A DNA stretch of 64,000 bases from Alphaproteobacteria bacterium (GTDB taxonomy: Bacteria > Pseudomonadota > Alphaproteobacteria > SMXQ01). Of this stretch, positions 33,122 to 45,576 are shown piece after piece (within the stretch, counting starts at the first letter, position 1; every line of letters begins with the position of its first letter). The stretch is from positions 29,451 through 93,450 of the forward strand of contig DASTMO010000033.1 in the NCBI GenBank assembly GCA_035714115.1, in the 5' to 3' direction. Below the pieces are notes generated by a model, which worked only from the letters and a program-made list of their open reading frames with translations, was not told where the DNA came from and did no database searches. Made by a program: the position numbers and the translations under genes.

Positions 33122-33221
33122 CCGTCTTTAGCAGCAGCGTCTCTTTACCGTCGCAATCACCGGCCGGCTCCCGCCTTGAAAATAAGGCCTGGGCCGGCCG
33201 GCCTACTCGGAGTGAGCTTTC

Positions 33222-33740
33222 GTGGCCGATCCCAAAGACAGCAGCATCCAGAAGCACACGATCGCCGTGCTCGTGGCCAACGAAGCGGGCGTGCTGGCGC
33301 GCGTCATCGGCCTGTTCTCGGGCCGCGGCTACAACATCGAGAGCCTGACCGTGGCCGAGGTCGACGCCGAGAAGGCGCAGTCGCGCATCACCATCGTCAC
33401 CTCCGGCACCAAGCAGATCATCGAGCAGATCAAGGCGCAGCTGCGCCGCCTTGTGCCGGTGTTCAAGGTCAGCGACCTGACGACCGACGGCCCGGCCGTC
33501 GAGCGCGAGATGGCGCTGGTGAAGGTGGTTTCCAGCGGCGACAAGCGCGTCGAATCCCTGCGCATCGCCGACATTTTCCGTGCCGGCGTGGTCGATTCGA
33601 CCAACAAGTCGTTCGTCTTCGAGATCACCGGGGCGACAGAAAAAATCAATGCTTTCATTAAGTTAATGGAGCCGCTCGGTCTCAAGGACGTGTCGCGGAC
33701 CGGCGTCGTCGCTATTGCCCGGGGCGAGAAGCCCCTCTAA
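33222..33740 (+). CDS. ilvH: Acetolactate synthase small (regulatory) subunit
   Basis: ACT domain 'KHTIAVLVANEAGVLARVIGLFSGRGYNIESLTV'. Confidence 0.9.
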   Translation: MADPKDSSIQKHTIAVLVANEAGVLARVIGLFSGRGYNIESLTVAEVDAEKAQSRITIVTSGTKQIIEQIKAQLRRLVPVFKVSDLTTDGPAVEREMALVKVVSSGDKRVESLRIADIFRAGVVDSTNKSFVFEITGATEKINAFIKLMEPLGLKDVSRTGVVAIARGEKPL

Positions 33741-34820
<1,080 letters not shown>

Positions 34821-34842
34821 GCTCTCGAAACGGAGCCGGAAT

Positions 34843-34876
34843 GAGGGCGGGCCGCGCAAGCGACCCGCCCTTTTTT
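34843..34876 (+). terminator. Rho-independent terminator after ilvC
   Basis: 'gggcgggccgcgcaagcgacccgccctttttt'. Confidence 0.7.
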
Positions 34877-35361
34877 CATGCCCGGAATCTGGCCGGGGAG
34901 CGGGCGGGCGGCGGCGGCAAATCGTTAATGGCTGGCTTTCGGCGCGGGCAGAAATTGCCCGCAATTTCAGAGCATTTTCGGAAAAACGCCGTTGGAAACA
35001 GCGGCGAAAAGCCGTAAAAAAAGAAAACGTTAACCAATTTTTTTAATAATTCGCCGACGATGCGCCTGAAGCTCGATCTGAGGCCCGATTTTTTGCCGGG
35101 CGAAGGCACGTCAGAGGCTTTGAGAAATTTCGAGACCGGCGCGCGGAAACGTCCGCCGGTGACCGGGGGAGGCGATTGTTGAGCTCGATGGGGGAGCTGC
35201 GCGCGCGGCGCGAATTTGCCGCGCACCTGCGTCACTTCATCCGCATGCCATCATTCGACCCAATATCGATGCGATAACCTCGCGCGCTTCGCGAATGCGC
35301 GTGTGACGACGGCGACTACGTACAAAGATCGGCGCAGCCGATCGAAGACAGAAGGGACTAA

Positions 35362-36408
<1,047 letters not shown>

Positions 36409-36451
36409 GACGACGAAGACCCCTTAGCGGGAGACGGGCGACCGGACGCAG

Positions 36452-37456
36452 ATGGCGGGCAAGATTCAGAAGCAAGGCGTGATGGCCAAGCTGGCGACCC
36501 TTCGGGGTTTCGCCCAGCGCTTCGCTTTTGCCTCGCTGTTCGTGCTCGCCTTCGTTCTGATGATGCTCGGCAAGGCCGAGAACATGGTCGTCGAGCGCGC
36601 GCGCGGCGCCATCTCCGATCTCGCCGCGCCGATCCTCGATGCCGTGTCGCGCCCCGTCGCGACCGTGACCGATCTCATCACTCAAACCACCGAGATGATG
36701 AACCTGCGCGACGAGAACGCCCGTCTGCGCGAGGAGAACACCCGCCTGCGCGCTTGGCATGGCGTGGCGACGCATCTCGCCGCCGAGAACGAAGCCCTGC
36801 GCAATCTTTTGAACTACATGCCGCCGGCCAAGGGCGGCTTCATCTCGGCGCGCATCGTCGGCGACGGCGGCGGCCCGTTCGTGCGCAGCGCGCTGATCAG
36901 CTCGGGCGCGCGCGACGGCATCAGCAAGGGTCTCGGGGTGATCAACGAGGACGGCCTGGTCGGCCGCGTCACCGACGTCGGCCAGCGCTCGGCGCGCCTG
37001 CTGCTCCTCACCGACTTCAATTCGCGCATCCCGGTCATGATCGAGAGCAGCCGCGACCGCGCCATCCTGCAAGGCAACAACTCGTCCCAGCCGCAGCTCA
37101 CTCTGCTGCCCGCCAACGCCCGGCCCAAGGTCGGCGAACGCGTCGTCACCTCAGGCCACGGCGGCCTGCTGCCGGCCGGCCTGCCGGTCGGCATTATCGC
37201 CACGGCGCGCGACGGCCAGGTGCGCGTACAGCCCTTCGTCAATTGGGACAAGCTGGAATATGTCCGCATCGTCGACTTCGGCCCGATCCCGGCGCCGGAA
37301 GCGAGCGCGGCCGACGCGCCGGTGATCCTGCCGCTGCCCGAACGCCCGGCGCTGCGCCGCGCGCCGGTCAATGAGGATCCGCCGGACGAAGACGAGGACG
37401 GCGTGCCGCCGGCGGCGGAAGCCATTCCTCCGACGCCTCTCGGATCCGGACAATGA
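36452..37456 (+). CDS. mreC: Rod-shape-determining protein MreC
   Basis: N-terminal TM + coiled-coil 'LRDENARLREENTRLRAWH', beta-rich core, Pro-rich C-tail; position between mreB and mreD. Confidence 0.85.
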   Translation: MAGKIQKQGVMAKLATLRGFAQRFAFASLFVLAFVLMMLGKAENMVVERARGAISDLAAPILDAVSRPVATVTDLITQTTEMMNLRDENARLREENTRLRAWHGVATHLAAENEALRNLLNYMPPAKGGFISARIVGDGGGPFVRSALISSGARDGISKGLGVINEDGLVGRVTDVGQRSARLLLLTDFNSRIPVMIESSRDRAILQGNNSSQPQLTLLPANARPKVGERVVTSGHGGLLPAGLPVGIIATARDGQVRVQPFVNWDKLEYVRIVDFGPIPAPEASAADAPVILPLPERPALRRAPVNEDPPDEDEDGVPPAAEAIPPTPLGSGQ

Positions 37457-37971
37457 AGAGCGGGGGGCTCTGGCAGCGTCTGGACCGGTTCGGTCGCAAC
37501 CTGGTCCCCTTCGCCATCACGCTCCTTCTGGTGGTGCTCGGCGCGGTGCGCCTGCCGGTCGCCGGCTACGCCACGGTCGTGCCGCTCTTCGCGCTCTGCG
37601 CCGTGTTCTTCTGGGCGGTCTACCGGCCGCAGCTGCTGCCGGCCTGGCTGGTCTTCATCATCGGCCTGGTGCAGGACGCGCTGTCGGGCACGCCGCTCGG
37701 CCTTTCCGCCATCATGCTGCTGATCGTCTATGGCATGGTGGCGAGCCAGCGCCGTTTCTTCATGAACAAGCCGTTCACGCTGATCTGGGCCGGCTTCACG
37801 TTGATCGCCTTGATCGCCATCGTCGTCTCCTGGCTGCTCGCCTCGATCACGGTGGCGCATATCATCCGGCCGGGCCCGGCGATGTTCCAACTGCTGCTCA
37901 CCCTTGCGCTCTATCCGGCGATCACCGCGATGCTCGCCGGCGCGCAGCGCCTCTTGCCGCAACAGGCGTGA
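37453..37971 (+). CDS. mreD: Rod-shape-determining protein MreD
   Basis: ATGA overlap with mreC; 172-aa polytopic membrane protein. Confidence 0.8.
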   Translation: MKSGGLWQRLDRFGRNLVPFAITLLLVVLGAVRLPVAGYATVVPLFALCAVFFWAVYRPQLLPAWLVFIIGLVQDALSGTPLGLSAIMLLIVYGMVASQRRFFMNKPFTLIWAGFTLIALIAIVVSWLLASITVAHIIRPGPAMFQLLLTLALYPAITAMLAGAQRLLPQQA

Positions 37972-37978
37972 GGCGGCG

Positions 37979-39886
37979 ATGAATCGCGATCAGGACCGCA
38001 CCCGCTCCTTCACCCGCCGCGCCGTCATCCTTGGCGGCGTGCAGGTCGTGCTGTTCTCGGCGCTGACCGGGCGCATGTACTACCTCCAGGTCATCGAGTC
38101 CGAGAAGTACAAGGTTCTCGCCGAGGACAACCGCATCAACCTGCGGCTGTTGCCGCCACCGCGCGGGCGCATCGTCGACCGTCTCGGCGTGCAGGTGGCG
38201 ACCAACAAGCAGAACTACCGCGTCATCGTCGTCGCCGAGAAGGCCGCCGATGTCGAACGCACGCTCGAGCGCGTCGGGGCCATCGTCGAGCTGACCGATT
38301 ACGAGAAGCGCCGCATCATGCGCGAGGTGAAGCGCAAGCGTAGCTTCATCCCGACCATGGTGCGCGAGAACCTGACCTGGGAAGAGGTCTCGCGCCTTGA
38401 GGTCAACGCTCCGGATCTGCCGGGCGTCAGCATCGAGATGGGCCAGACGCGCCATTACCCTTATGCCGAGCAGACGGCGCATCTCATCGGCTATGTCGCC
38501 GCCGTCTCCGAGAAGGAGCTGACTGGCGATCCGCTTTTGGAATTGCCCGATTTCCGCATCGGCAAGAACGGCATCGAGAAGACGCACGACCTGCGCCTGC
38601 GCGGACGCGCCGGGCGCAGCGAGATGGAAGTCAACGCGGTCGGCCGCGTCATCCGCGAGCTCAGCCGCAACGACGGCGTGCCGGGCGAAGACATCCAGCT
38701 GACCATCGACATGGGGCTGCAGTCCTTCGCGCACGAACGCTTCGGCGAGGAGAGCGGCGCTGCCGTGGTGATGGACGTGACCAACGGCGAGGTGCTGGCG
38801 CTGGTCTCGACGCCGAGCTTCGATCCGAACCTGTTCAGCAAGGGCATCAGCGGCGAAAACTGGCGCGCGCTGCTCGCCAACGAGAAGGCGCCCCTGACCA
38901 ACAAAGCGCTCGCCGGCCAATATCCGCCCGGCTCGACCTTCAAGATGGTGGTGGCGCTCGCCGCGCTCGACAGCGGCGTCGTGACCTCCGATCACCGCGT
39001 CTTCTGCCCCGGCCATCGCGACCTCGGCAATGTCCGCTTCCATTGCTGGAAGAAGGGCGGCCATGGCACGGTCGACATGGTCCAGGGCTTGATGCACTCC
39101 TGCGACGTCTATTTCTACGATCTGGCGCAGAAGATCGGCATCGACCGCATCTCCGAAATGGGCAAGCGCTTCGGCCTCGGCGCGCAGCTCGGCATCGAGC
39201 TGCCGGGCGAGAAACCTGGCCTAATGCCGACGCGCGATTGGAAGCGCCGCGTTCTCGGGCATGGCTGGTCGCTCGGCGAGACGCTGGTCGCCGGCATCGG
39301 CCAGGGCTTCATCCTGACCACGCCGCTGCAGCTCGCGACCATGACGGCGCGCATCGCCAGCGGCAAGGCGGTGACGCCGACGCTGACGCGCCGTGCCGTG
39401 GCCATGTCGTCGAACGATAGCTTGATCTCTAGCGCCCATGCCGCCGACGGATTCGAGTTCGCTTCGCTCGGCCTGCCGCAGTCCTATCTCGCCGTGGCGC
39501 GCGCCGGCATGAACGCCGTCTCCAATATTCCCGGCGGCACCGCCTATAACGCGCGCATCAAGGACAAGGGCTTCGAGCTGGCCGGCAAGACCGGTTCGGC
39601 CCAAGTGAAACGCATCACCATGGCCGAGCGCGCCACCGGCGTGCTCAAGAACGAGCAGCGGCCATGGAAGGATCGCGACCATGCGCTGTTCGTCGCCTTC
39701 GCGCCGGTCGACAATCCGCGCTACGCCATCGGCATGATCGTCGAGCATGGCGGCGGCGGCGCGGCGGTGGCCGCCCCGATCGCCCGCGACATCCTCTTGG
39801 AAGCGCAGAAGCGCGATTCCGTCACTAAGGCGCCGACCGCCAAGCTTGCCGTGCTGGGCCCGCTGCCCATGCCGCGCGAACCGTGA
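37979..39886 (+). CDS. mrdA: Penicillin-binding protein 2 (peptidoglycan D,D-transpeptidase)
   Basis: Start re-set to ATG 37979 (GAGG RBS) giving MNRDQDRTRSFTRRAVILGGVQV; transpeptidase motifs 'GSTFK', 'SCDVYFY' (SxN region), 'KTGSAQ' (KTG). Confidence 0.9.
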   Translation: MNRDQDRTRSFTRRAVILGGVQVVLFSALTGRMYYLQVIESEKYKVLAEDNRINLRLLPPPRGRIVDRLGVQVATNKQNYRVIVVAEKAADVERTLERVGAIVELTDYEKRRIMREVKRKRSFIPTMVRENLTWEEVSRLEVNAPDLPGVSIEMGQTRHYPYAEQTAHLIGYVAAVSEKELTGDPLLELPDFRIGKNGIEKTHDLRLRGRAGRSEMEVNAVGRVIRELSRNDGVPGEDIQLTIDMGLQSFAHERFGEESGAAVVMDVTNGEVLALVSTPSFDPNLFSKGISGENWRALLANEKAPLTNKALAGQYPPGSTFKMVVALAALDSGVVTSDHRVFCPGHRDLGNVRFHCWKKGGHGTVDMVQGLMHSCDVYFYDLAQKIGIDRISEMGKRFGLGAQLGIELPGEKPGLMPTRDWKRRVLGHGWSLGETLVAGIGQGFILTTPLQLATMTARIASGKAVTPTLTRRAVAMSSNDSLISSAHAADGFEFASLGLPQSYLAVARAGMNAVSNIPGGTAYNARIKDKGFELAGKTGSAQVKRITMAERATGVLKNEQRPWKDRDHALFVAFAPVDNPRYAIGMIVEHGGGGAAVAAPIARDILLEAQKRDSVTKAPTAKLAVLGPLPMPREP

Positions 39887-39896
39887 GGCGCGGCGC

Positions 39897-41039
39897 ATGA
39901 CCATGCTCTCCTCCTCGCGCGGCGTGCAGATGACGCTGGCGCAGAAATTCTGGCAGATCAATTGGGGTCTGATCCTGCTGCTGGCGCTGGTCAGCTCGAT
40001 CGGCTTCGCCATGCTCTATTCCGCGGCGGGCGGCAGCTTCGAGCCTTGGGCGGTGCGTCAGATGGCGCGCTTCGCCGCCGGCTGCTGCATCATGTTGATG
40101 GTCGCCATGGTCGATCTGCGCGTCTGGATGCGCTACGCCTATCTGATCTACGGCATCGGCCTGATGATGCTGGTCTGGGTCGATCTGGCGGGCGTCGTCG
40201 GCATGGGCGCGCAGCGCTGGATCAACATCGGCCCGCTCAGCATTCAGCCGTCCGAGATCATGAAGGTCGCCATCGTCCTCGTGCTGGCGCGCTATTTCCA
40301 TGGCCTCAGCCACGAGCAGGTCGGCCGGCCGCAATATCTTGTCTGGCCGCTGATGCTCGTCGTCATGCCGTCGGGCCTGGTGTTGGTGCAGCCCGACCTC
40401 GGCACCGCCGGCATGCTGATCATGACCTCGGGCATGCTGTTCCTGCTGGCCGGCGTGCGCCTGTGGAAGTTCGCCATCGTCATCGCCGGCGGCGGCGCCA
40501 TGCTGCCGATCGCCTGGGGCTTCCTGCGCGACTACCAGAAGAATCGCGTGCTCACCTTCATGAACCCGGAAAGCGATCCGCTCGGCTCCGGCTATCACAT
40601 CATGCAGTCGAAGATCGCGCTCGGTTCGGGCGGCATCTTCGGCAAGGGCTTCCTCGAAGGCAGCCAGGCCCATCTGAACTTCCTGCCGGAAAAGCAGACC
40701 GACTTCATCTTCACGGCGCTGGCCGAGGAATGGGGCATCGTCGGCGGCCTGACCCTGCTGGCGCTCTATTCATTGATCATCGCTTACGGCTACGCCATCG
40801 CGCTGCGCAGCCGCAGCCAGTTCGGCCGCCTGCTGGCGCTCGGCCTGACGTCGATGTTCTTCCTATACGTCTTCATCAACGTCGCCATGGTCATGGGCCT
40901 GCTGCCCGTGGTCGGCGTGCCTTTGCCGCTGGTGTCCTACGGCGGCACCTCGATGCTGACCCTGCTGTTCAGCTTCGGGCTGATCATCGGGGTCTATATC
41001 CACCGCGACACGGCGGTCGGGCGGAGCGGCGCGGAATAG
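39897..41039 (+). CDS. rodA: Peptidoglycan glycosyltransferase RodA (SEDS family)
   Basis: Start re-set to MTMLSSSRGV; 'QINWGLILLLALVSSIGFAMLYSA', SEDS motifs; follows mrdA. Confidence 0.9.
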   Translation: MTMLSSSRGVQMTLAQKFWQINWGLILLLALVSSIGFAMLYSAAGGSFEPWAVRQMARFAAGCCIMLMVAMVDLRVWMRYAYLIYGIGLMMLVWVDLAGVVGMGAQRWINIGPLSIQPSEIMKVAIVLVLARYFHGLSHEQVGRPQYLVWPLMLVVMPSGLVLVQPDLGTAGMLIMTSGMLFLLAGVRLWKFAIVIAGGGAMLPIAWGFLRDYQKNRVLTFMNPESDPLGSGYHIMQSKIALGSGGIFGKGFLEGSQAHLNFLPEKQTDFIFTALAEEWGIVGGLTLLALYSLIIAYGYAIALRSRSQFGRLLALGLTSMFFLYVFINVAMVMGLLPVVGVPLPLVSYGGTSMLTLLFSFGLIIGVYIHRDTAVGRSGAE

Positions 41040-41088
41040 CCCGGTCCGGCGCTCGTTCGAGCCGGTTTTCCAAGTTATGCACAGGCTG

Positions 41089-41118
41089 AAAACCCGCATA
41101 AAACGCGGGTTTTTCCCG
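41089..41118 (+). terminator. Rho-independent terminator after rodA
   Basis: 'aaaacccgcataaaacgcgggttttt'. Confidence 0.65.
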
Positions 41119-41204
41119 CTGCCTGCGCTCTGTCGCATCCCCTATCGACAAGCCCAGCGGGCTTTGCTATATCCCCGGTCCCTCTTGGGGGCGCAAGCCT
41201 TTGG

Positions 41205-41280
<76 letters not shown>

Positions 41281-41466
41281 TTCCCAAAAAGCCTTTCGAT
41301 AGCCTGACCGCTGCCGAAGGGTTTTTTCATGCCCGCATTTCCCTTTTCGCTCTGCGCGATCCACACGCCTGTTACCGGTGGTGATAGGCCTTCGCGCGTT
41401 GTGATCGCGATGCGCGGCGGCTAAGGTTTCTTCCAACGCATAAGAGAACCGTTGGAGGAGACCGAT

Positions 41467-42468
41467 ATGAGTGCCCAGCTTCCGCCGATCCGCCGCGTCG
41501 TCGCCGGCCATGACGCCAGCGGCAAGGCCGTCATCCTCATCGACGGCCCGGCGACCAACGCGCGTCCCGGCGCCGCGCCCGGCAACGTCTCCACCCTGAT
41601 CTGGGCGACCGACCAGATGCCGGCCGAGGTTTGGACCGGCGAGGATTTCGGCGCCGGCACGCCGCATCGCCAGCCGCCGGCGCGCTCCTGCCGCTTCTCG
41701 GTGCTCGACATTCCGCCCGGCAACCCCGGCGCCATGCACGGCACGGTCACTTGCGATTACATCGTCGTGCTCGAAGGCGAGATCGACATGGACATGCCCG
41801 ACACGCCGCCGGTCACCCTCAAGAAGGGCGACGTGATGGTGCAGCAGGGCACGGTCCATCGTTGGGTCAACCGTTCGAAGGACACCTGCCGCCTCGCCAT
41901 CGCGCTGTTCGACGCGCTGCCCGCGCCCGATGCCTCGCGCCCGAAGGGCTGGACCCAGCATCCCAAGCCCGCGACTATCGGCGCCAAGCCCAATCCGCCG
42001 ATCCGCCGCCTCGTCACCGCTCATGACGCGGCCGGCAAGCCGGTCGTCACCTATGACGGTCCGGCGAGCAATCACAAATGGTCGGGCCGCGGCACGGTGG
42101 CGACGCTGATCTGGGCGACCGAAGGCTGCCCGCTCGACAATTGGACCGGCCTCGATCAGGGCGAGCGCGTGCTCGGCCATCAGCCGCCGTTCGAAGGCAC
42201 GCGTTTCTCGGTGAACGATTATCCGCCGGGTACGCCGGGCCAGATGCATGTCACCGACACGCTCGATTTCGCCATCATCCTCAAGGGCAAGATCCGCATG
42301 GATCTCGACGATTCGTCGGTGGTGCTGAAGGCCGGCGACATCCTGATCCAGCAGGCCAACAACCACAGCTGGATCGTCGAGGGCGACGAGACCTGCCGCA
42401 TCGCCTTCGTGCTGATGGAAGCCAAGAAGCCCAATCCCGACAAGCGCCGGCCGATTGCGGGGCATTGA
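41467..42468 (+). CDS. Bicupin (two tandem cupin domains) protein
   Basis: GGAGGAG RBS before ATG 41467; internal duplication: 'IRRVVAGHDASGKAVILIDGPATN...TLIWAT...VLEGEIDMDM.DT.PVTLKKGDVMVQQGTVHRWVN' vs 'IRRLVTAHDAAGKPVVTYDGPASN...TLIWAT...ILKGKIRMDLDDSSVVLKAGDILIQQANNHSWIV'. Confidence 0.7.
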   Translation: MSAQLPPIRRVVAGHDASGKAVILIDGPATNARPGAAPGNVSTLIWATDQMPAEVWTGEDFGAGTPHRQPPARSCRFSVLDIPPGNPGAMHGTVTCDYIVVLEGEIDMDMPDTPPVTLKKGDVMVQQGTVHRWVNRSKDTCRLAIALFDALPAPDASRPKGWTQHPKPATIGAKPNPPIRRLVTAHDAAGKPVVTYDGPASNHKWSGRGTVATLIWATEGCPLDNWTGLDQGERVLGHQPPFEGTRFSVNDYPPGTPGQMHVTDTLDFAIILKGKIRMDLDDSSVVLKAGDILIQQANNHSWIVEGDETCRIAFVLMEAKKPNPDKRRPIAGH

Positions 42469-42613
42469 GGCGAAGGCCGCCGCAGGGCGGGCTTTGTTGA
42501 ATTTTCTGCCGACCGAAGTCGGGCCTATCTAGGCAGGCGGCGGCGCGATTGGTCTTGCGGGGCCGATCCGCCGCCGCCAGTATTTTTGCAGCATCCCATT
42601 CGAGGTTCCGATC

Positions 42614-43657
42614 ATGCTGCCCAATGCCCGCAAGCTTTCCTTCTCCGAAGTGCCGATCGTCGACATGGCGCCCGCCTGGACCGGCGAGGCCGGCCGCAAG
42701 CAGGTCGCCGAAGCCATCGCCGAAGCCTCGGGCCGCGTCGGCTTCTTCTATATCGTCAACCATCGCCTGAGCGCCGACGACATCGCCGCCGTGTTCCAGA
42801 CGGCGAAGGATTTCCATGAGCTGCCGCTCGAGGCGAAGATGGAAGTTTCCATGCGCCTCAACAAGCACGCGCAGGGCTATTTGCACGGCATGTCCAAGGG
42901 CAACGACAAGAACATCAACGAGAATCTGCAGGAAGCCTTCCAGATCCGCCGGCCTCTGGCCGACGACGATCCCGACCTGCTGGCCGGCAAGCCGCTGCAC
43001 GGTCGCATTCCCTGGCCCTCGGCCATGCCGGATCTCAAGCCGCGCATGATGGCCTATTACGACAAGGTCGATGCGCTCGGCTACGAGCTGCTCGATCTGT
43101 TCGAGTTGAGCCTCGATCTCGCGCCGGGCACCCTGAAGGCCAGCTTCAAGAAGGACATGAATTCGCTGCGGCTGCTGCATTACCCGCCGCAGAAGCCTGA
43201 CGAGCCGGGCGTGCATCTCGGCGCGCGCGCCCATACCGACACCAACGCCTTCACCATCCTGGCGCAGGACGACAACGGCGGCCTTGAAGTGCGCAACCGC
43301 GACGGCGACTGGGTCGGCATCCCGCCGATCGCGGGCAGCCTGATCGTCAACGTCGGCGAGGTGCTGAAGGTCTGGACCGATGGCGTCTTCACCTCAGCGG
43401 TGCATCGCGTGATCAACCGTTCGGGCAACGAGCGCTATTCGATCCCGTTCTTCATGTATCCGAGCTTCGATGCGCTGATCCAGCCGCTGCTCAAGAATCC
43501 CGATCCGGCCAATGTCGCGCCGGAAGACCTGCCGACGTCCTTTCCGCGCGACAAGCCGTTCTTGTACGGCGATCTGAAGGCGCGCAACACCGCCCGCATC
43601 ATGCCCCAGAAGGGCGAGGGCAAGTCTGAGAAAACCCAAGCGGAGGCCGAATACTGA
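42614..43657 (+). CDS. 2-oxoglutarate/Fe(II)-dependent dioxygenase (isopenicillin-N-synthase-like)
   Basis: 'RLLHYPPQ' , 'HTDTNAFTILAQDDNGGLEV', 'VWTDGVFTSAVHRV' = H-x-D...H facial triad and RxS. Confidence 0.8.
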   Translation: MLPNARKLSFSEVPIVDMAPAWTGEAGRKQVAEAIAEASGRVGFFYIVNHRLSADDIAAVFQTAKDFHELPLEAKMEVSMRLNKHAQGYLHGMSKGNDKNINENLQEAFQIRRPLADDDPDLLAGKPLHGRIPWPSAMPDLKPRMMAYYDKVDALGYELLDLFELSLDLAPGTLKASFKKDMNSLRLLHYPPQKPDEPGVHLGARAHTDTNAFTILAQDDNGGLEVRNRDGDWVGIPPIAGSLIVNVGEVLKVWTDGVFTSAVHRVINRSGNERYSIPFFMYPSFDALIQPLLKNPDPANVAPEDLPTSFPRDKPFLYGDLKARNTARIMPQKGEGKSEKTQAEAEY

Positions 43658-43941
43658 TGCCTGCTTATGTCATCGGCGAAGTGAAGATTTTACATCGCGA
43701 CCAGATGGGCAATTACGCCCAGATGGTGTCGGATGCGGTGAAGAAGTTCGGCGGCCGCTATGTGGCGCGCGGTGCCGAGCCCTTCGTGCTCGAAGGCGGC
43801 CCGGCCCATAACATCCTGCTGATCGAATTTCCGGACATGGAGACGGCCAAACGCTGGTACGACTCGCCGGACTACCAAGCGGCGAAGGCGCTTCGCCAGG
43901 GCCACACCAACCTGCGCCTGATCGCCATAGAGGCAAACTAG
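43657..43941 (+). CDS. DUF1330 family protein
   Basis: 94 aa 'MPAYVIGEVKILHRDQMGNYAQMVSDAVKKFGGRYVARGAEPFVLEGG....ILLIEFPDMETAKRWYDSPDYQAAKALR' typical DUF1330 (dabb-like). Confidence 0.7.
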   Translation: MPAYVIGEVKILHRDQMGNYAQMVSDAVKKFGGRYVARGAEPFVLEGGPAHNILLIEFPDMETAKRWYDSPDYQAAKALRQGHTNLRLIAIEAN

Positions 43942-43992
43942 CGGCTCGGCGAATGGACAGCTGGGCGAACGGACTGCTGGGCGAAAGCCGCG

Positions 43993-44018
43993 GGAACCGA
44001 TAGCCTCATTCTGCCGTT
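43993..44018 (+). promoter_or_regulatory. EcfG-type (general stress sigma) promoter motif GGAAC-N17-CGTT upstream of yeaQ-like gene
   Basis: 'GGAACcgatagcctcattctgcCGTT' ends ~34 nt before ATG 44052. Confidence 0.45.
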
Positions 44019-44051
44019 CTTCTGGCGCTTCAACCCAGTCGCAGGATTCGC

Positions 44052-44297
44052 ATGACCATTCTCGGCACGCTCATCATCGGCCTGTTCGCCGGCCTCATCG
44101 CTAAACTGATCACGCCCGGCCGCGATCCCAAGGGCTTCCTCATAACTATCGTGCTCGGCGTCGCCGGCGCCTTCCTCGCCACCTGGCTCGGCCAAGGCCT
44201 CGGCTGGTACGCGCCGGGCGAGACGGCGGGCTTCTTCGGCGCCATCGTCGGCTCGGTCATCATCCTGGTGATCTGGCGTATGCTGCGTCGCGGATAG
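44052..44297 (+). CDS. GlsB/YeaQ/YmgE family stress-response membrane protein
   Basis: 81 aa; 'ILGTLIIGLFAGLIAKLI.PGRDP.GF..TIVLGVAGAFLATWLG' is the family consensus. Confidence 0.8.
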   Translation: MTILGTLIIGLFAGLIAKLITPGRDPKGFLITIVLGVAGAFLATWLGQGLGWYAPGETAGFFGAIVGSVIILVIWRMLRRG

Positions 44298-44368
44298 GGC
44301 TGATTCACATAGCCAAGGCGGCGTGTTAGGGTTCCCGGCAACATCAGACTACGCCGGGAGCCGCCGCC

Positions 44369-44965
44369 ATGGGCCTGTCCTCTTTTCGTCCCGCTCTCTT
44401 CGTCGCGACCCTGCTCACGGCTTTGCCGGCCCAGGCGCAGCTGCTCGACATTCTCAGCGCTCCGAAAACCTTGGTCGATCGCGCCATCGAGGCGCGCAGC
44501 GCCAGCGATATCGCCAAAGACAACGAGGTCGTCCTGAAAGTGAACGGCGTCATGGCCGATGTCGGGACGGTCAAAGCCTCCACCGAGATTTACGAACAGC
44601 GCCTGCTCATCACCGGCCTGTTCGACAATAAGGCGGCCTACGACAAGTTCGAGAAGGGCGTGCGCAACGTGCGCGGCGTCAAGCAGCTGCTTTGGCATGT
44701 GACCTACATGCCGAAGGCCGATCAGGAAAAGAACAAGCTGATGGACTGGCCGGACGTGGTGGCGATGGAGGCCAAGGCGCGCGGCCGCCTGATCGGCACC
44801 GCCGGCGTGGCCGACGTCAATTTCCGCGTCACTGGCGATGCCAGCGGCACGCTCTATGTGCTGGGCCGCGCTCGCTCGGCCGACGAGATGGACAAGGCCA
44901 TCAAGCGGCTGTGGGACGGCGAGAACGTCAAGAAGGTCGTGAATTACATTCAAGTGCGGCCCTGA
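44369..44965 (+). CDS. BON-domain (OsmY-like) periplasmic protein
   Basis: Signal peptide; two BON-like segments ('ASDIAKDNEVVLKVNGVMADVGTVKAS', 'VADVNFRVTGDASGTLYVLGRARSADEMDKA'). Confidence 0.75.
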   Translation: MGLSSFRPALFVATLLTALPAQAQLLDILSAPKTLVDRAIEARSASDIAKDNEVVLKVNGVMADVGTVKASTEIYEQRLLITGLFDNKAAYDKFEKGVRNVRGVKQLLWHVTYMPKADQEKNKLMDWPDVVAMEAKARGRLIGTAGVADVNFRVTGDASGTLYVLGRARSADEMDKAIKRLWDGENVKKVVNYIQVRP

Positions 44966-45081
44966 CGGGCCCAGGCAGGGCCGGCCCTGACGGGCTTCGG
45001 GCAGGTTCGCCCTTCATCGGTAACCTTTCGCGGCGGACGGCGAACTGATGAAAGCGCCCGGCCGATCGGGAGGAGGAAGCC

Positions 45082-45576
45082 ATGAAACCTATTTTGAAAT
45101 ATCTCGCTGTTTTCATCGTCGGCGGCCTGCTCGGCACCGGCGCCGGCTTCGCCGTCGGCATCTTCGTTTATCCCTACCTCTTCCTCGCCGATGTGGTCGC
45201 CAACGAGCCGATGACCAACATGGCGAGCAAGACCTTGCTGGCGCGCGGCACCTTCATTCATGCCGATCCGAGTGATCCGGTGCATTACGGCAGCGGCGGG
45301 GTCACGGTCTATGAAGACGCGGTCTATCTCGCGCCCGACTTCGAGGTCGGGCCGGGGCCGAAATTTCATGTCTATCTGGTGCCGAAGGCCGGGCTGCGCC
45401 GCTCGAGCGATTTGAAGGGCCAGGATTTCGTCGATCTTGGCCGGCTGCGCGCCTTCAAGGGCAGCCAGCTTTATCAAGTGCCGGCCGGCATCAACGTGTC
45501 GATGTACGACAGCGTCATCATCTGGTGCGAGGCGTTCGGCGTGCTGATCTCGCCGGCCGATCTCGACCGGGGCTAG
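45082..45576 (+). CDS. DM13-domain protein, N-terminally membrane-anchored
   Basis: TM helix LAVFIVGGLLGTGAGFAVGIFVY then 'GTFIHADPSDPVHYGSGGVTVYEDAVYLAPDFEVGPGPKFHVYLV' (DM13 pattern). Confidence 0.55.
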   Translation: MKPILKYLAVFIVGGLLGTGAGFAVGIFVYPYLFLADVVANEPMTNMASKTLLARGTFIHADPSDPVHYGSGGVTVYEDAVYLAPDFEVGPGPKFHVYLVPKAGLRRSSDLKGQDFVDLGRLRAFKGSQLYQVPAGINVSMYDSVIIWCEAFGVLISPADLDRG